Below, one piece after another: positions 12,913 to 25,864 of a stretch of 64,000 nt of DNA. Each line of letters opens with the position of its first letter. The first letter of the stretch is position 1. The notes under the pieces are model-generated. The model was not told the origin of the DNA, made no database searches, and was given only the letters and a program-made list of their open reading frames with translations. The DNA is from Octopus bimaculoides (Eukaryota): contig NC_068985.1 in the NCBI RefSeq assembly GCF_001194135.2, forward strand, positions 106,955,133-107,019,132. Reading direction: 5' to 3'. The translations under genes and the position numbers were made by a program.

Positions 12913-13083
12913 TATTTGTACATGTGTGTTTTAATTAATTAATTAAGAAATAAACAGCATTCATTCTTTGCAGTATATTTATAATGCGATGTAAGCTAAA
13001 CCTTTTTAGCAACACTGTGGTGCAGCCATTCTTTTGTGATAGCTGTAAAGAAACTGTCTTTGTGTGTTTTCAATTTCTTTTCA

Positions 13084-13085
<2 letters not shown>

Positions 13086-13145
<60 letters not shown>

Positions 13146-13166
13146 AATAAATGAATAAATAAATAA
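13086..13166. repeat. (AAT)n then (AAAT)n microsatellite
   Basis: Direct reading. Confidence 0.95.
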
Positions 13167-13488
13167 ATTTATCATATAGTTTAGAATGAATGCAGTTGAG
13201 TACAATACTAATTCATTCATTTGAATAAGTTGCCAGCGAAGCACTATTTATACAAATCACACAAACCATTGGAGCAAAATCACTACATTTAGTGACAATA
13301 TTTAGCTATTAACCATCTTTCTCTTTGTGACCAAATCAAATGGTATTTTATCTCCGATGGGAATCAAAGAAGATTCAAAACCAGTCAGGTAGCTTTATTT
13401 TCACTATTCACAAGAAGAAAGAAAAAAAGATGAAGATGGGTATGGTATGCTGTTAAAATGCTTTACTTTGCATCACTACAGATATAGG

Positions 13489-13522
<34 letters not shown>

Positions 13523-13924
13523 TATTTTAAATTATTTAAAATTATAATACAGGGTATCAAGAGATACCACCACGCTGAAAAAATAGCAGTCAAATCCTGA
13601 CTCTAAAACCACAATAAATGTCCGCATGGCACAATTATATATATGTATATATATGTATATATATATGTATATATATATATATACATATTGTATTTTACTT
13701 GTTTCAGTCATTAGACATGGCCAGGCTCGGGTACTGCCTTGAAGAAATCTTTCAGTCAAATGAATTGATGCTTTTACTTATTTTCCTTTTTTAAGCCTGA
13801 TACTTACTCTATCAATATCTTTTGCCGAACTACTAAGTTATGGGGACATAAACACACCAACACTGCTTGTCAAGCAGTGGTAGGACACCCACAGACCACA
13901 TACACCTATATGCTAGTGTCACAT

Positions 13925-14205
13925 GAGTGGCCTGTTTAAAAGTACCCTTCAATCGTTGGGCAATATGTTGTGCTTGAGAAAACCTGTTGAGTCAAGCAAA
14001 ATCATAGTCGTGGCTGAGGCCAGTGCTGCTTGATTGGTACCTGTGCCAGTAGCACATAAAAAGCACCATTCGAGCATGGTTGATGTCAGTGCCACCTGAC
14101 TGGCTCCCTTGCTGATGACATGTAAAAAGCACCCACTACACTTTCAGAGTGGTTAACGTTAGGAAGGGCAACCAGCTGTAGAAACATTGCCAGATCAGAT
14201 TGAAA
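13925..14205 (+). mobile_element. RTE-LINE 3'-UTR copy
   Basis: Shares gggcaatatgttgtgcttgagaaaacctgttgagtcaag with 47906-47945 and aaaaagcacccactacac...ttaggaagggca with 61340-61400. Confidence 0.75.
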
Positions 14206-14461
14206 TTCCAATGAAGGAGCCTTGAATCTAGATTAGAAACTGAGTCTTTCTATATTGGCAAGAAATCTTGAAATAAAACTGAATAATGACATACGGAGAT
14301 GTGTGTGTGTCTATGTATATATGCCGTTCACATATTACATACACACATGTACACATGTCATCACACAAGCATAAAATATGACATGATACACATGATAGAG
14401 TTGAAATTAAAAAAATTTTTTAATAATATAGCAAGTCACCGGACCAACTCAAAACAAGCTC

Positions 14462-14499
<38 letters not shown>

Positions 14500-15017
14500 T
14501 CGGCAACAACAGACCTGTCATCATATAGTTCACTACAACATTTAATAAATGGAACTAAATAGGAAAATGAAATATCCAGAAACAACATGGGAACTAGATT
14601 GAAATCCAGTTGAAAAAAGGATAAAAACCCAACTTATCTAAGTGTCNNNNNNNNNNNNNNNNNNNNNNNNNNNNNNNNNNNNNNNNNNNNNNNNNNNNNN
14701 NNNNNNNNNNNNNNNNNNNNNNNNNNNNNNNNNNNNNNNNNNNNNNNNNNNNNNNNNNNNNNNNNNNNNNNNNNNNNNNNNNNNNNNNNNNNNNNNNNNN
14801 NNNNNNNNNNNNNNNNNTTTTTCATTTTTCTGTTTGTTTGGTCTTAGTTTAAATAGCTTTTATTTTATTATAAATATTTTCCAGGAATGAAAATTCAACA
14901 AAATATGTTCTGGCATCACTTTTCATTTATTTTTTTATTTATTATTTTGATTATATTCTCTCTTCTATTTTATTCTTTTCTATGCTCTTTATATTTCTTC
15001 TTGATTATATATATATA

Positions 15018-15427
15018 CTCTTTTACTCTTTTACTCTTTTACTTGTTTCAGCCATTTGACTGCGGCCATGCTGGAGCACCGCCATTAGTCGAGCAAATCG
15101 ACCCCAGGACTTATTCTTTGGAAGCCTAGTACTTATTCTATCGGTCTCTTTTGCCGAACCACTAAGTTACGGGGACATAAACACACCAGTATCGGTTGTC
15201 AAGCAACGTTGGTGGGACAAACACAGACACACAAACACACATACATATATACATACATGTACATATATACGACGGGCTTCTTTCAGTTTCCGTCTACCAA
15301 ATCCATTCACAAGGCTTTGGTCGGCCCGAGGCTATAGTAGAAGACACTTGCCCAAGATGCCACGCAGTGGGACTGAACCCGGGACCATGTGGTTTGTAAG
15401 CAAGCTACTTACCACGCAGCCACTCCT
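15018..15427 (-). mobile_element. tRNA-headed SINE (family A), well-preserved full-length copy
   Basis: Near-identical to the reverse complement of 58203-58606; (ttttactc) tail repeats at 15018-15040; CpGs retained. Confidence 0.9.
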
Positions 15428-16545
15428 TATAAGATAAAGCTTACTTGGAAGAGGATGCATGGTGTTCAATCATATAATAATATAAACAATATATATATAT
15501 ATGCATGTATACATACGTATATGTACATACTTACATCTCTACTTATATACATATATGCATATGGGGGCACAGGACATCACAGACGTATACAACGAAAAAG
15601 TATGAAGCACTAGTACATGGAACATGAACTGTTCTTTCAAATAACAAATGACACAAATGGAAAACAAAATGAACAACAAAAAGAATGACCCTTCATCAGT
15701 TGTTGGTTGTATTTCTAGTCTCATATTTCCAGCATTTAACAACAGTATACGCTTTTGATAAAACAGTTGCTCCTGCAAAGCAAATTAAATAAAATTTGGG
15801 ATTTTGCAGAGGGTCAAAATTGGTAACACAAATAGGACAGTGAAAACAAACAGGAAGGGCTGCTAAGCCTAAATGAGGTTGTGGTGGGGAACACGTAAAT
15901 TAAACTAGGACAGGAGCCTAATTAGAACATGTGTTCCTTGTTCCAGCTACAATGAAGAGAAAGAAAGAAAGATGGCCAACAGTCACATGAGAGCCATGTG
16001 AGCAAGGGAGGAGGAGTGAGGGAGAGAGAGTGACAGAGTAATAGAATAGAATAGTGAGAGAAGAGGAGGTAAAAGAATAAGAGAGAGAAAAAGAGAGAAA
16101 AATGAAAGAGTAAAAAGATCGTATAGAGTGCACATCAGAATTATTAAGATAAAACTTACTTGGAAGAGGATGCGTGGCATTCAATCATATAATAACATAA
16201 ATAATATATATATATGCATATATACATACATATATGTACATACATCTATACGTGTATATATATGCATATGTGGGCACAGGACATCACAGATGCATACAAC
16301 AAGCATGTACGAAGCACGAGTACATGGAACATGAACTATTCTTTCGACCAATGAAAGACACAAATGCAAAACTGTTTTCCATTGTGTCTTTCGTTGTTCG
16401 AAAGAATAGTTCATGTTCCATGTACTCGTGCTTCGTACTTTTTTGTTGTCCACGTCTGTGATGTCCTGTGCCCACATATGCATATATATATACACGTATA
16501 GATGTAAATATGTACATATACGTATATCTGTATGCATATATACGT
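15428..16545 (-). mobile_element. Penelope-like element 3' remnant with direct and inverted terminal repeats
   Basis: About 235-bp direct repeats at 15428-15665 and 16145-16372, inverted copy at 16373-16545; minus-strand tgcaggagcaactgttttatcaaaagcgtatactgttgttaaatgc resembles the GIY-YIG C-terminal E-x2-FI-x-K-x2-P-x-LN motif. Confidence 0.55.
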
Positions 16546-16609
16546 ATATGTGGTATCTTGGAGAAATTTCTTCTACTATAGCCCTCGGTGTTGATAATGA
16601 ACTTATCGT

Positions 16610-16739
16610 GCAGATCAAGATGTTAGGAAGGGCATCCAGCTGTAAAAACCCTGCCAAAACAGACACATTAGCCGGGGTAGTCTTCTATCTTGCCAGCTCC
16701 TATCAACCGTTCTACCCATGCATGAAAGATGGATATTAA

Positions 16740-16786
<47 letters not shown>

Positions 16787-16790
16787 ACAT
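16610..16790 (+). mobile_element. RTE-LINE tail copy with long (GAT)n
   Basis: ttaggaagggcatccagctgtaaaa...gcatgaaagatggatattaaa(tga)n. Confidence 0.75.
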
Positions 16791-16899
16791 ATGGTGTGTT
16801 CAGGCTAAATTTTATGATTTTCTATATCTTCTTTTTTCAGGAACAACTTAATGTATTGCTGAACAGTCGATGGCATTGGAGAGCATAATGATTAAAGTT

Positions 16900-17545
16900 G
16901 TAGTTGAGGAAAAGTTAGCTGACTTGGAGGACTGGAAGTCATCTGAATATTGGAAAAGAATCACCTCTATCATGATGATTTGCATTGGGTGTCAAAATGC
17001 TGACATCATGACTACTACCCAATGCTTTATGAACATTGTAAAGACTGTAAGACCTGACATGGACAGCCAGAGACTATTACAGAGACTACCAGGCCAAATT
17101 GTGATTGCCTTCAGGTGCATCTCCTGTGAGGGTAACATCAGGCTGCACCACATCTTTGAACAGGGACATGGGTTCAGTTCAGAATGGCCATGTGAAGCTT
17201 CTGGAGACTGTCGCTGCTGAAATGCCATATGAGTGCCAGCAGGATTTGGGTCTTTGCCATATCTCCAGAAAGAGTCAGAAGTGGTTGTTGGAGAATTTCT
17301 ACAACTTCACCAGCCCCAATTTCTAGCCTCTTAATTCCCCTGATTGTAATCCCAATGTGTGGGGCACATTTGAGAAAGACACCAACTGCTTTGCTTGCAA
17401 CACCAAGATCAAACTGGTGGCCAACATCAAGAAGGTGTTTACAGATCTTCCCAGGGATGCAGCAGTGAGGAACATATGCTCCAGGTTCTGGAGCCATCTT
17501 GAGGCCATGGTGGAAGCGCAGGGCAGTTACTTTGAGCAAACTGTT
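16900..17545 (+). mobile_element. Tc1/IS630-type DDE transposase pseudogene, internally deleted
   Basis: WLLENFYNFTSPNF*PLNSPDCNP...VWGTFEKDTN...RFWSHLEAMVEAQGSYFEQ matches the WPPxSPDLNPxD/ExxW catalytic region and typical C-terminus. Confidence 0.8.
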
Positions 17546-18561
17546 ACCTCCCAACCATAATGGTGGTGTTGATAATGAGCTTGACCAACTCCATCACTAC
17601 TACCACCAGCACAATCATAATCACCATCACCATCATCATAACCACCACCAACAGCAGCATCAGTAACACAAATAACATAAGTTAATGAATTAGGAAGCTT
17701 CTATGCATCCACTCTTTTAGAAATAGCAATCAAATCTCCTTCGTCTCCCATCTTGCCATCTTAAAATACGGAAGGATATATTAGAGAATGTAGACTCAGA
17801 TATGAAAAAAGAAAGGTTGGTCATGTCTGGCACATCTTCATACACAGAACTACTCAATCAGCGTTGTCTTGGAGGCAAACCAACATCAACAGCATCATTT
17901 AAGAAAATTACCTTCATCAGCAACAACAACAACAACAACAACATCATTAATAACAACAATATCAACAACAACAACACCAACCTCATCACTTGACAACAAA
18001 TACGACAGCCTAAGCACTGCAATAAGATTTACAAGTAACAAACAAATCTGACAATAGTGAATTATTTGTAAATGGAAGGATTTTCACACAAATCCCAGAT
18101 TGAATGAAAAGCAGTATTAAAATTTATCTTTTATCTTGCAAACATTTTCTTCAATTGGAATATTATTAATTTTCTCTTTCTGCTTTATTTTTATCTATTT
18201 ATTTTTACCTTAAAATCCTCCATTGTCTTGTAAGAAACACTGTGTGTAAAGATTATGGAGAAAAATTTCTTCTGAGTTTAAAATAGTGAAGTTAATCTTT
18301 GCACTATAATAATACCCAGGTGACAGGAATGCAAGACAAAAGGCACACCTGTTATATTTCAAGGAATTTTGTAACATTCATTGACGTAACCTGATTGTTT
18401 TTTTTTAAATTTTGAAACGATGTCTAAGAGTGTGTATAAAATGTTTTGTATTAACTAATGTATGCAAACTGATGTGCATACATATAAAATATATAAAATA
18501 GGATGCAGTAAAATTATGTGTAAGCTAATGCTAAGGGTGTGAAGTTGTTAATATATAACTG

Positions 18562-18898
18562 GAGGAGACCCCCTTTGGTCATGAATGAGCATGGGATTGC
18601 ACCTAGAAAGTTACCCCCCAAGGCACAAGTCCAGGCAAGGTTGTTTTTTGTGGAAGACCAGCAGTCGCCCATGCATACCAGCCTCTCCTCTCCACACCAC
18701 TGATGTTATCCAAGGGAAAGGCAAAGGCTGATACAACTTGGCACCAGTAATGTTGCAACTCATTTCTACAGCTGAGTTAACTGGAGCAATGTGAAATAAA
18801 GTGTCTTGCTTAAGAACACAACACACAGCCTGGTCCAGGAATCGAACTCACAACCTCACGATAGTAAGCTCGACGTTCTAACCACTGAGCCATGTGCT
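18562..18898 (-). mobile_element. tRNA-headed SINE (second family), apparently full length
   Basis: Minus strand begins gcacatggctcagtggttag (A box TGGCTCAGTGG) with B box GTTCGATTCC, then gtgttcttaagcaagacactttatttcacattgctccag, shared with 36325-36440. Confidence 0.8.
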
Positions 18899-19368
18899 TT
18901 CTCCTTCTAATATATAACTGAGAGTACATATAAAAGGGTATATATAAGGTTATATCAGTGAAATAGTGATCAGGTGTGAAGTTGTTAGTATAATTTGAGT
19001 GTGTATGTGGGGTTGTATACAGTTATGTGAGTGAATTGGTTGACCCCTAGGATATAGCAGAAGACACTTGCCCAAGGCGCCATGAAGTGGGACTGAACCT
19101 GAAATGATGTGGATGGTAGTAAGCATCTTAACCACACAGCCATTCTTGCATGAGTGGGTGTATGTACACACACACACACACACACATATACACACCACAT
19201 AAATACATACACACACACACACACATACATATACACACCACATAAATACATACATACATGCATGCATGCATACATGCATGCATGCATACATGCATGCATA
19301 CATGCATGCATACATACATACATTCATACATACATTCATACATTTATACATACATACATACAAATACA

Positions 19369-19399
<31 letters not shown>

Positions 19400-21232
19400 G
19401 TATGTATGTATATGAATACCATCATCATTTTACATCCATTTTTCTATGCTTGTATAAGGCTGAATGGGTTTTCACTATCACAGCTTCTCACCATTTGCGG
19501 CAGTAATTTCTTCATAAAAGATTACTTTACACCACTTCTTTCCGCCTCTTTCCATATCCATCACATGCATGCATTGTATCAGTGCAGTCTTGCCTTCTTT
19601 CTTGCATGCTATATCTGATTCATCAGTTCATTTTGTGCACTGTCATTCATGCACACTAACATTACACATCTGTCAGAGTGTATTTGCTTCATTTACCATA
19701 AACCTTCTCACACCTTTCAGAATCAGTGTTCATATTTTATAAACATGTACTTTCTTATTTTTGTACACAAGCATTATTAAATTTTTAATATATTCACCAC
19801 TTAGTCATGGAAGGAAGGACAGCACTCAAAAAAAAAGGGGGCGGGGGCAGCACTCAGAACCATTTACTTTTTCAGGGGGCTCCATGAGCAGTGAGAAGAT
19901 GAGAGTAAATTACCCTCAAGCCAGAGACATAACTTGAATGCTGGCAATNNNNNNNNNNNNNNNNNNNNNNNNNNNNNNNNNNNNNNNNNNNNNNNNNNNN
20001 NNNNNNNNNNNNNNNNNNNNNNNNNNNNNNNNNNNNNNNNNNNNNNNNNNNNNNNNNNNNNNNNNNNNNNNNNNNNNNNNNNNNNNNNNNNNNNNNNNNN
20101 NNNNNNNNNNNNNNNNNNNNNNNNNNNNNNNNNNNNNNNNNNNNNNNNNNNNNNNNNNNNNNNNNNNNNNNNNNNNNNNNNNNNNNNNNNNNNNNNNNNN
20201 NNNNNNNNNNNNNNNNNNNNNNNNNNNNNNNNNNNNNNNNNNNNNNNNNNNNNNNNNNNNNNNNNNNNNNNNNNNNNNNNNNNNNNNNNNNNNNNNNNNN
20301 NNNNNNNNNNNNNNNNNNNNNNNNNNNNNNNNNNNNNNNNNNNNNNNNNNNNNNNNNNNNNNNNNNNNNNNNNNNNNNNNNNNNNNNNNNNNNNNNNNNN
20401 NNNNNNNNNNNNNNNNNNNNNNNNNNNNNNNNNNNNNNNNNNNNNNNNNNNNNNNNNNNNNNNAAGATGAGAGTAAATTACCCTCAAGCCAGAGACATAA
20501 CTTGAATGCTGGCAATGGAATAAACTCCACTGAAAAACATCCAAAATCATGATAAACAAGACAGTAGATTAAGTCTACAACTCAAGATACCCAATCAGTT
20601 ACCATATTTTCTGGCAAACAAGTTGCTGTAAACATGTAGTGTAAACATTGAAATATCATCACTATCATTCCAAATCCTGCTGTGTTTTACATGGAATTTT
20701 TGGTTCTCCAAAATCATTTTGGTGTATGAGTTGACCTCCCTTTTTAGTGAAAAATTCAACTTGTGTGCTGGTAAATTCAACTTGTGTGCTCATAAGTCAG
20801 AAATAAAAGTATACTCAACATAAATAAAAGAGCAGATATATTGTTTTATATCATCAAACAATCTTTTATCAGTTATGCCATATAACTGGTAAGGAGCAAC
20901 TGGTTTCAGAGCAATATTCGATGTGAAACCAGTGATAACATCCTGAACAATTATATGCCATAGCTTGTAATATATTGTTTGATTGTATATATATTGTCGT
21001 CGTCATCATCATTGCCATTTAACATCTTACTTCTATGCTGGTATAAGTTGAATATAACTTAGGGGTTCAGCAAAAGAGACCAAGAGAATAAGTACCAGGC
21101 TTAAAAAGAATAAATACTGGGGTCAGTTTATTCAACTAAAATTAATCAGGGTAGTGCCCTAACATGGCTGCAGTCTACTAACTGAAACAAGTAAAAGAAA
21201 AGGTCTTCTCAGGCACTGCAAATTGCCAATCA

Positions 21233-21457
21233 TCACCCTTTCATTACTATATTTCTATTGACATACACTGCCTTTATTTCAATATATTTGAAAATTATGA
21301 AGAATTTAATAAAAAAAAACCTGTCATTATTAAGCTGGTGTTTGGAATACAGCATGAAATTCTGATTGAAGCATTTAATCTAGCTCATTTTAAAACAAGC
21401 AATTTGCAACGTAGAAACAAGGATGGTCTCAGACCACTTTGGTATGAAAAGGGTTAA
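21233..21457. mobile_element. piggyBac-type MITE copy
   Basis: Ends in aaaagggttaa; body collinear with 26693-26924 (gtcattattaagctg...tttggaa...catgaaatt...ggtctcag). Confidence 0.6.
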
Positions 21458-24439
21458 ACTACAATATTTGAAATGTCTACAGTTATTTCTTTTCTTTCAA
21501 CTGAACGACTCAATACAAAGACTGAAGAAAAATGTCTTCCTAAAAGCAAAATACTGCCTGACTGGATGTAATCAGTTGTAGCAAGGGTCCCAGAAGACAA
21601 TGTCAGAATAGAAAACCAGTCATAGCATCAACAAAAAGGATCCTCATAAGTCAAGAGATTATTATTTTCTTTCAGTCTTTGTCATGGCATGTTCAAAGTT
21701 AGTCACCTACGTTTTTTGATAACAGAGCAGATGAAATCTCTAGTTTCATTATATAAAAACCTCTGTTTTAAAACATTTATATCTAAATTAAAACCATTTT
21801 GTGTAAGAAATTTTTTCTTCAGACATTATTTTGCAATGACAAAGTCATTTCATTAAAATCTTCCAAATTTTTTATTATTTTCAAAATTAACAGGTTTTGT
21901 CTTTATCTATACAAAACCAGTCACTTAAACATTTTGAAAAAAAAAATCTGATATCTCTGGTTCTACATACCAAAACCTTTGTTTCAAAAGCATATATATT
22001 TAAATCTTTTCTACTCTGAAAACATTGTCTGAAATTTGGTAGGATAAGACTAGTCATTTACATAAATCTGTTTAACTGGTACTTTATTTCAGTGACCCTG
22101 AGAGGATGAAAGGCAATGTTGATCCCAGCAAAATTTGAACTCAGAACATTTGAAGTAAGATCACTTGTATAAGAAACTGTTATTTCAAAAATCAATTTAA
22201 CAAAGACGTTAGTTATTTTACAAAATCCCTCCAAATTTTTTTGATTATATTTTTCAAAATTCATTGAAATATAGGCTGGGTATTTTATCAGGAATATGTT
22301 CACAAAAGGATTCAAACAGTCTGTTTTAATACTGAAATACACTATTTCTCTTGTGGTCAGTTGTAGGTGGACAGTTCATTAAGAGCCAGTCTAAATAACC
22401 TACACATATTAACAACTAATAGAGGATTAACAGAAAATATTGTTCATAGAGAAACATCACAATGAATGATTTAGTATTTTGTTTCATCTAAAGTATAACC
22501 TCAGACATTAAAGAACCACAGATTAAATGTCAGTACATCTTCTAAAGCTGGAGAGAAACAGATATTTCATAATCCTTGATAGAATTATTTTAAATTATTT
22601 ATGCACAAAAGCAACATAGGTATTTGTTTCTACTATTGTTATCATCGTCATCATAATCACCCCCACCACCAACTGAGTTCAACATTATCAACACAACCAC
22701 TACTACCACAACCACCACCACCACTACTAGTCAGTCTTGGAGAATAGTAGAAGACTATATTCAAGGTACCAGTAGGAGTGAACCTAAAAATGTTTGGTTA
22801 GAAAGCAAACTTCTTAACCTTCTGCCTACTTCTGGAAGTCTGTGCAAAAGTGTCTTTTTTTTTACAAAGTAATCATGACACACTAAGTTGATAGTTGATG
22901 GTTTACAAAGTATTTGTTCTTACAACTGTCTTGTACTCTGTGAATTTTAGGTGCTTAATGGAAAAGACAGAAAAAGGTTAGACAATTTCCATAAGAGAAA
23001 GCCGCAAACAGTCTTGTGCATATGTTGGTAAAACCATGTTGAGTATAATGAAGTTCTTGAGCAGACCAGACTCTACAACAGTCAAGGCTGATTTTGTTTC
23101 ATTAACACTCACTCACTCTCTCTCTCTCTCACGCACACACACACTCACACACACACATACACTAGAGCCTGGTGCAGCCCTCCAACTTGCCAGCTCCTGC
23201 CAATATGGAAAACGGATATTAAATGACAATGACGATTACAATGATGATAGTGGTGATGACGCCTCCTCGCTTACTAGGTGAGAAAGCCAACACTTTCCCT
23301 CATTCATCGATAGTGGGGACTGGAGCAATGTGAAATGAAGTGTTTTGCTCGGGAACACAATGTGCCACCCAGTCTGGGAATTGAGCCCATGATCTAGCAA
23401 CCATGAGTACAACAGTCTAACTACCAGGCCACTTGCCTTCACACACACACACATATATAGACACAGGCATGGAAATGTGTGGTTAAGTGGTTCACTTTTT
23501 AACCATATGGTTAGGGTTCAATTCCACCTCATAGCACATATGCACGGGTATCTTCCACTGTAGCCCCAGGGCAACCAAAGCCTTGTGAGTAGATTTGGCT
23601 AACAGAAACCAAAAGAAGACCATTGTGTGCATGTGTGTGTGTCTGTGTTTGTGTCTGTGTGCGCATGTGTGTGTGTGCGCGTGTGTGTATGCTTGTGTTT
23701 GTGTGTGTTCATACATGTATATGCACATGTTCACATGTTTGTTTACATTTTGCTTGTTTCTATGAAAGTTGCAACGTATGAGTGCTGTTATTGTTGTCAG
23801 TGATCTTGTCATCAATTCATCTGCTCACCCCACAGCTTTGAAGCCATGTTTCAAGATCCCTCAGTTGAAATACAGGTAAGATTTAGCAACAAGAAGGGCA
23901 ACCAACTGTGAAACAATCCCTCGATAACATATTTATCCAAGCCATGCAAGCATGGAAAAATCGACTTGTTCTTCAAGGGAACTTTTATTTCATATGGCTT
24001 TAAAGGCATGAAGCAAGCAAGGGATTCATTGACAGGAGAACTGACTATAACAGCACCATCCACACATCGCTACTTTTGTTGACACAAACAAGATGCAAAT
24101 GTAAACATAAATACACATGCCTGCATTCATGTACATATACATATCTATCAACTTATCTATCTGTACGTCAACACACACACATACACGCACAGATATATAT
24201 ATAATGATAAATAGATAGATAGACAGATAGATAGATAGATAGATAGATACATACATACATACATACATACATACATACATTGGGAGATAGATGGAATAAC
24301 TGATTTATATACATATGTGTGTCTTTACATTCTGAGTTCAAATTCCACCGAGGTCGACTTTACCTTTCAGTTGATGAAAACTCATATATCATTTTCATTT
24401 TATCTAGTTTCAGCTCATGAGCTGTGGCCATGCTGGGGC

Positions 24440-25363
24440 ACTGCCATTTGGTGTTGCTACACAATTTTACTTCACGAATTTTACTTCAGGAATTGACATT
24501 TGGTGCATGAAAGAGTTTGATGCAGCTGCTCTCATCTGCACCTCCTGCCGTGAAGTTGGTTCATCTGGGACACCTGACGGGAAGAAGTCCAGCCTCATCT
24601 TGAAGACTCCTACATCCACCGCATGCAGGTCTCTCAGGTCCTTCGGGAGGATACTGAAGAGCTGTGGACCTCTGAAGCCCAGGCTATTGCAGTATCTTGT
24701 CCTACATCTTGATGGCAAATTTGGAGTCCTTGGCACTATGCAATGGCGTCCAGTTCTTTTATTTGTGTAACTTTCGATGCCAAAGTTTGGGACAATTCCT
24801 TCGAGGATCTTCCAGATGTATATTATGGCATATCTTTCTCGCCTACGCTCTAAGGAATAGAGTCTTAATCTCTTGAGTCTTTCCCAATAGCTTATATGCT
24901 GCAAATATATATATATATATAGCTGAGAGCAATAGTCAGAGGACCATCATGGTTTCCTGATCTCTTGTTCTAAAAATCCTAAGAATCCATCCGGTCAGTC
25001 GCCTGCATTTCATTGACAATTTAGCAACATGAACATGAAAGGATGCATTATTACTCATGTAGCTTTGTAGCTTCTTCGTGTAGCTTTGTTGGATTGCCTC
25101 AAGTTCTGAGATTAATTTGACACTGGTTGGTGACCATAGCTGAGAGCAATAGTCAGAGTAGCTTAGAACAAGTGTCCTCCAGAGGACCATCATGGTTTCC
25201 TGATCTCTTGTTCTAAAAGTCCTAAGAATCCATCCGGTCAGTCGCCTGCATTTCATTGACAATTTAGCAACATGAACATGAAAGGATGCATTATTACTCA
25301 TGTAGCTTTGTAGCTTCTTCGTGTAGCTTTGTTGGATTGCCTCAAGTTCTGAGATTAATTTGA
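24440..25363 (-). mobile_element. CR1/L2-like LINE RT C-terminus with a 243-bp tandem amplification
   Basis: ORFs 24467..24904 (YWERLKRLRLYSLERRRERYAIIYIWKILEG...) and 24936..25301 (...DYCSQLWSP...ELEAIQQSYTKK) are typical CR1/L2 RT tail motifs. Confidence 0.85.
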
Positions 25364-25416
25364 NNNNNNNNNNGTGGTTGTCTACTCCTTATGCAGAGTC
25401 TGACAACCTTCTGTAC

Positions 25417-25650
25417 TTACACCTTAAATCCATCATGACATCTGATGTGCCTTTTTAAACCAGACAATATATTGTGTATCTGATTTGGACCACCAAGAGC
25501 TGCAGTTAAGCTCTGATCTTTGTGGATCTTAAAATGTCTTTTGAGGCCTCTGTTAGATTTGCAGACCTTATAGTATACATGGCATTGAAAGGTGTGTACA
25601 GATATATAGGCAGAGTAGTTGGTGGAGGTTCGTTTTTTGAGGGTTTGCAA
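25417..25650 (-). pseudogene. Degenerate C2H2 zinc-finger segment, probably a LINE C-terminus
   Basis: FQCHVYYKVCKSNRGLKRHFKIH fits C-x2-C-x12-H-x3-H with the second Cys changed to Tyr; partial second finger LSGLKRHIRCH. Confidence 0.45.
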
Positions 25651-25864
25651 ATGAGATTTGAGCCCAGTTAAGAGGTTAGAGTGTGTGGATTATGGCCATC
25701 ATGTTTTAAGTTCTATTTTTGAACTGGGCAGCACATTGTGCCCTTGAGCAAGGCACTTCATGTCACATTGCTCTAATTTACTCTGCTGAAAATGAATACC
25801 AGCTGATGCAGTTCTCTCTCTCCTTCCCCCACTCTCCATCTCTCTTTCCCTTTCTCTCTCTCTC

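Noticed and set aside
15674-15705. Second hammerhead-like string on minus (CAACAA-CUGAUGA-AGGG-ucauu-CUUU-UUGUUG)
   Set aside because: Has CUGAUGA and possible stems I and II, but no GAAA box or cleavage triplet; at most a relic.
15693-15774. Apparent minus-strand exon after ttaatttgctttgcag
   Set aside because: Weak donor, and better explained as the Penelope-like endonuclease C-terminus.
16841-16890. Strong plus acceptor ttcttttttcag
   Set aside because: All three frames stop within 16 codons, there is no good donor, and it abuts the Tc1 relic.
18950-19618. (MYVC)n/(HTYI)n ORFs here and at 27642-28216, 35873-36182, 45012-45468, 58939-59243
   Set aside because: Translations of (TACA)n/(TGCA)n/(CA)n microsatellites.
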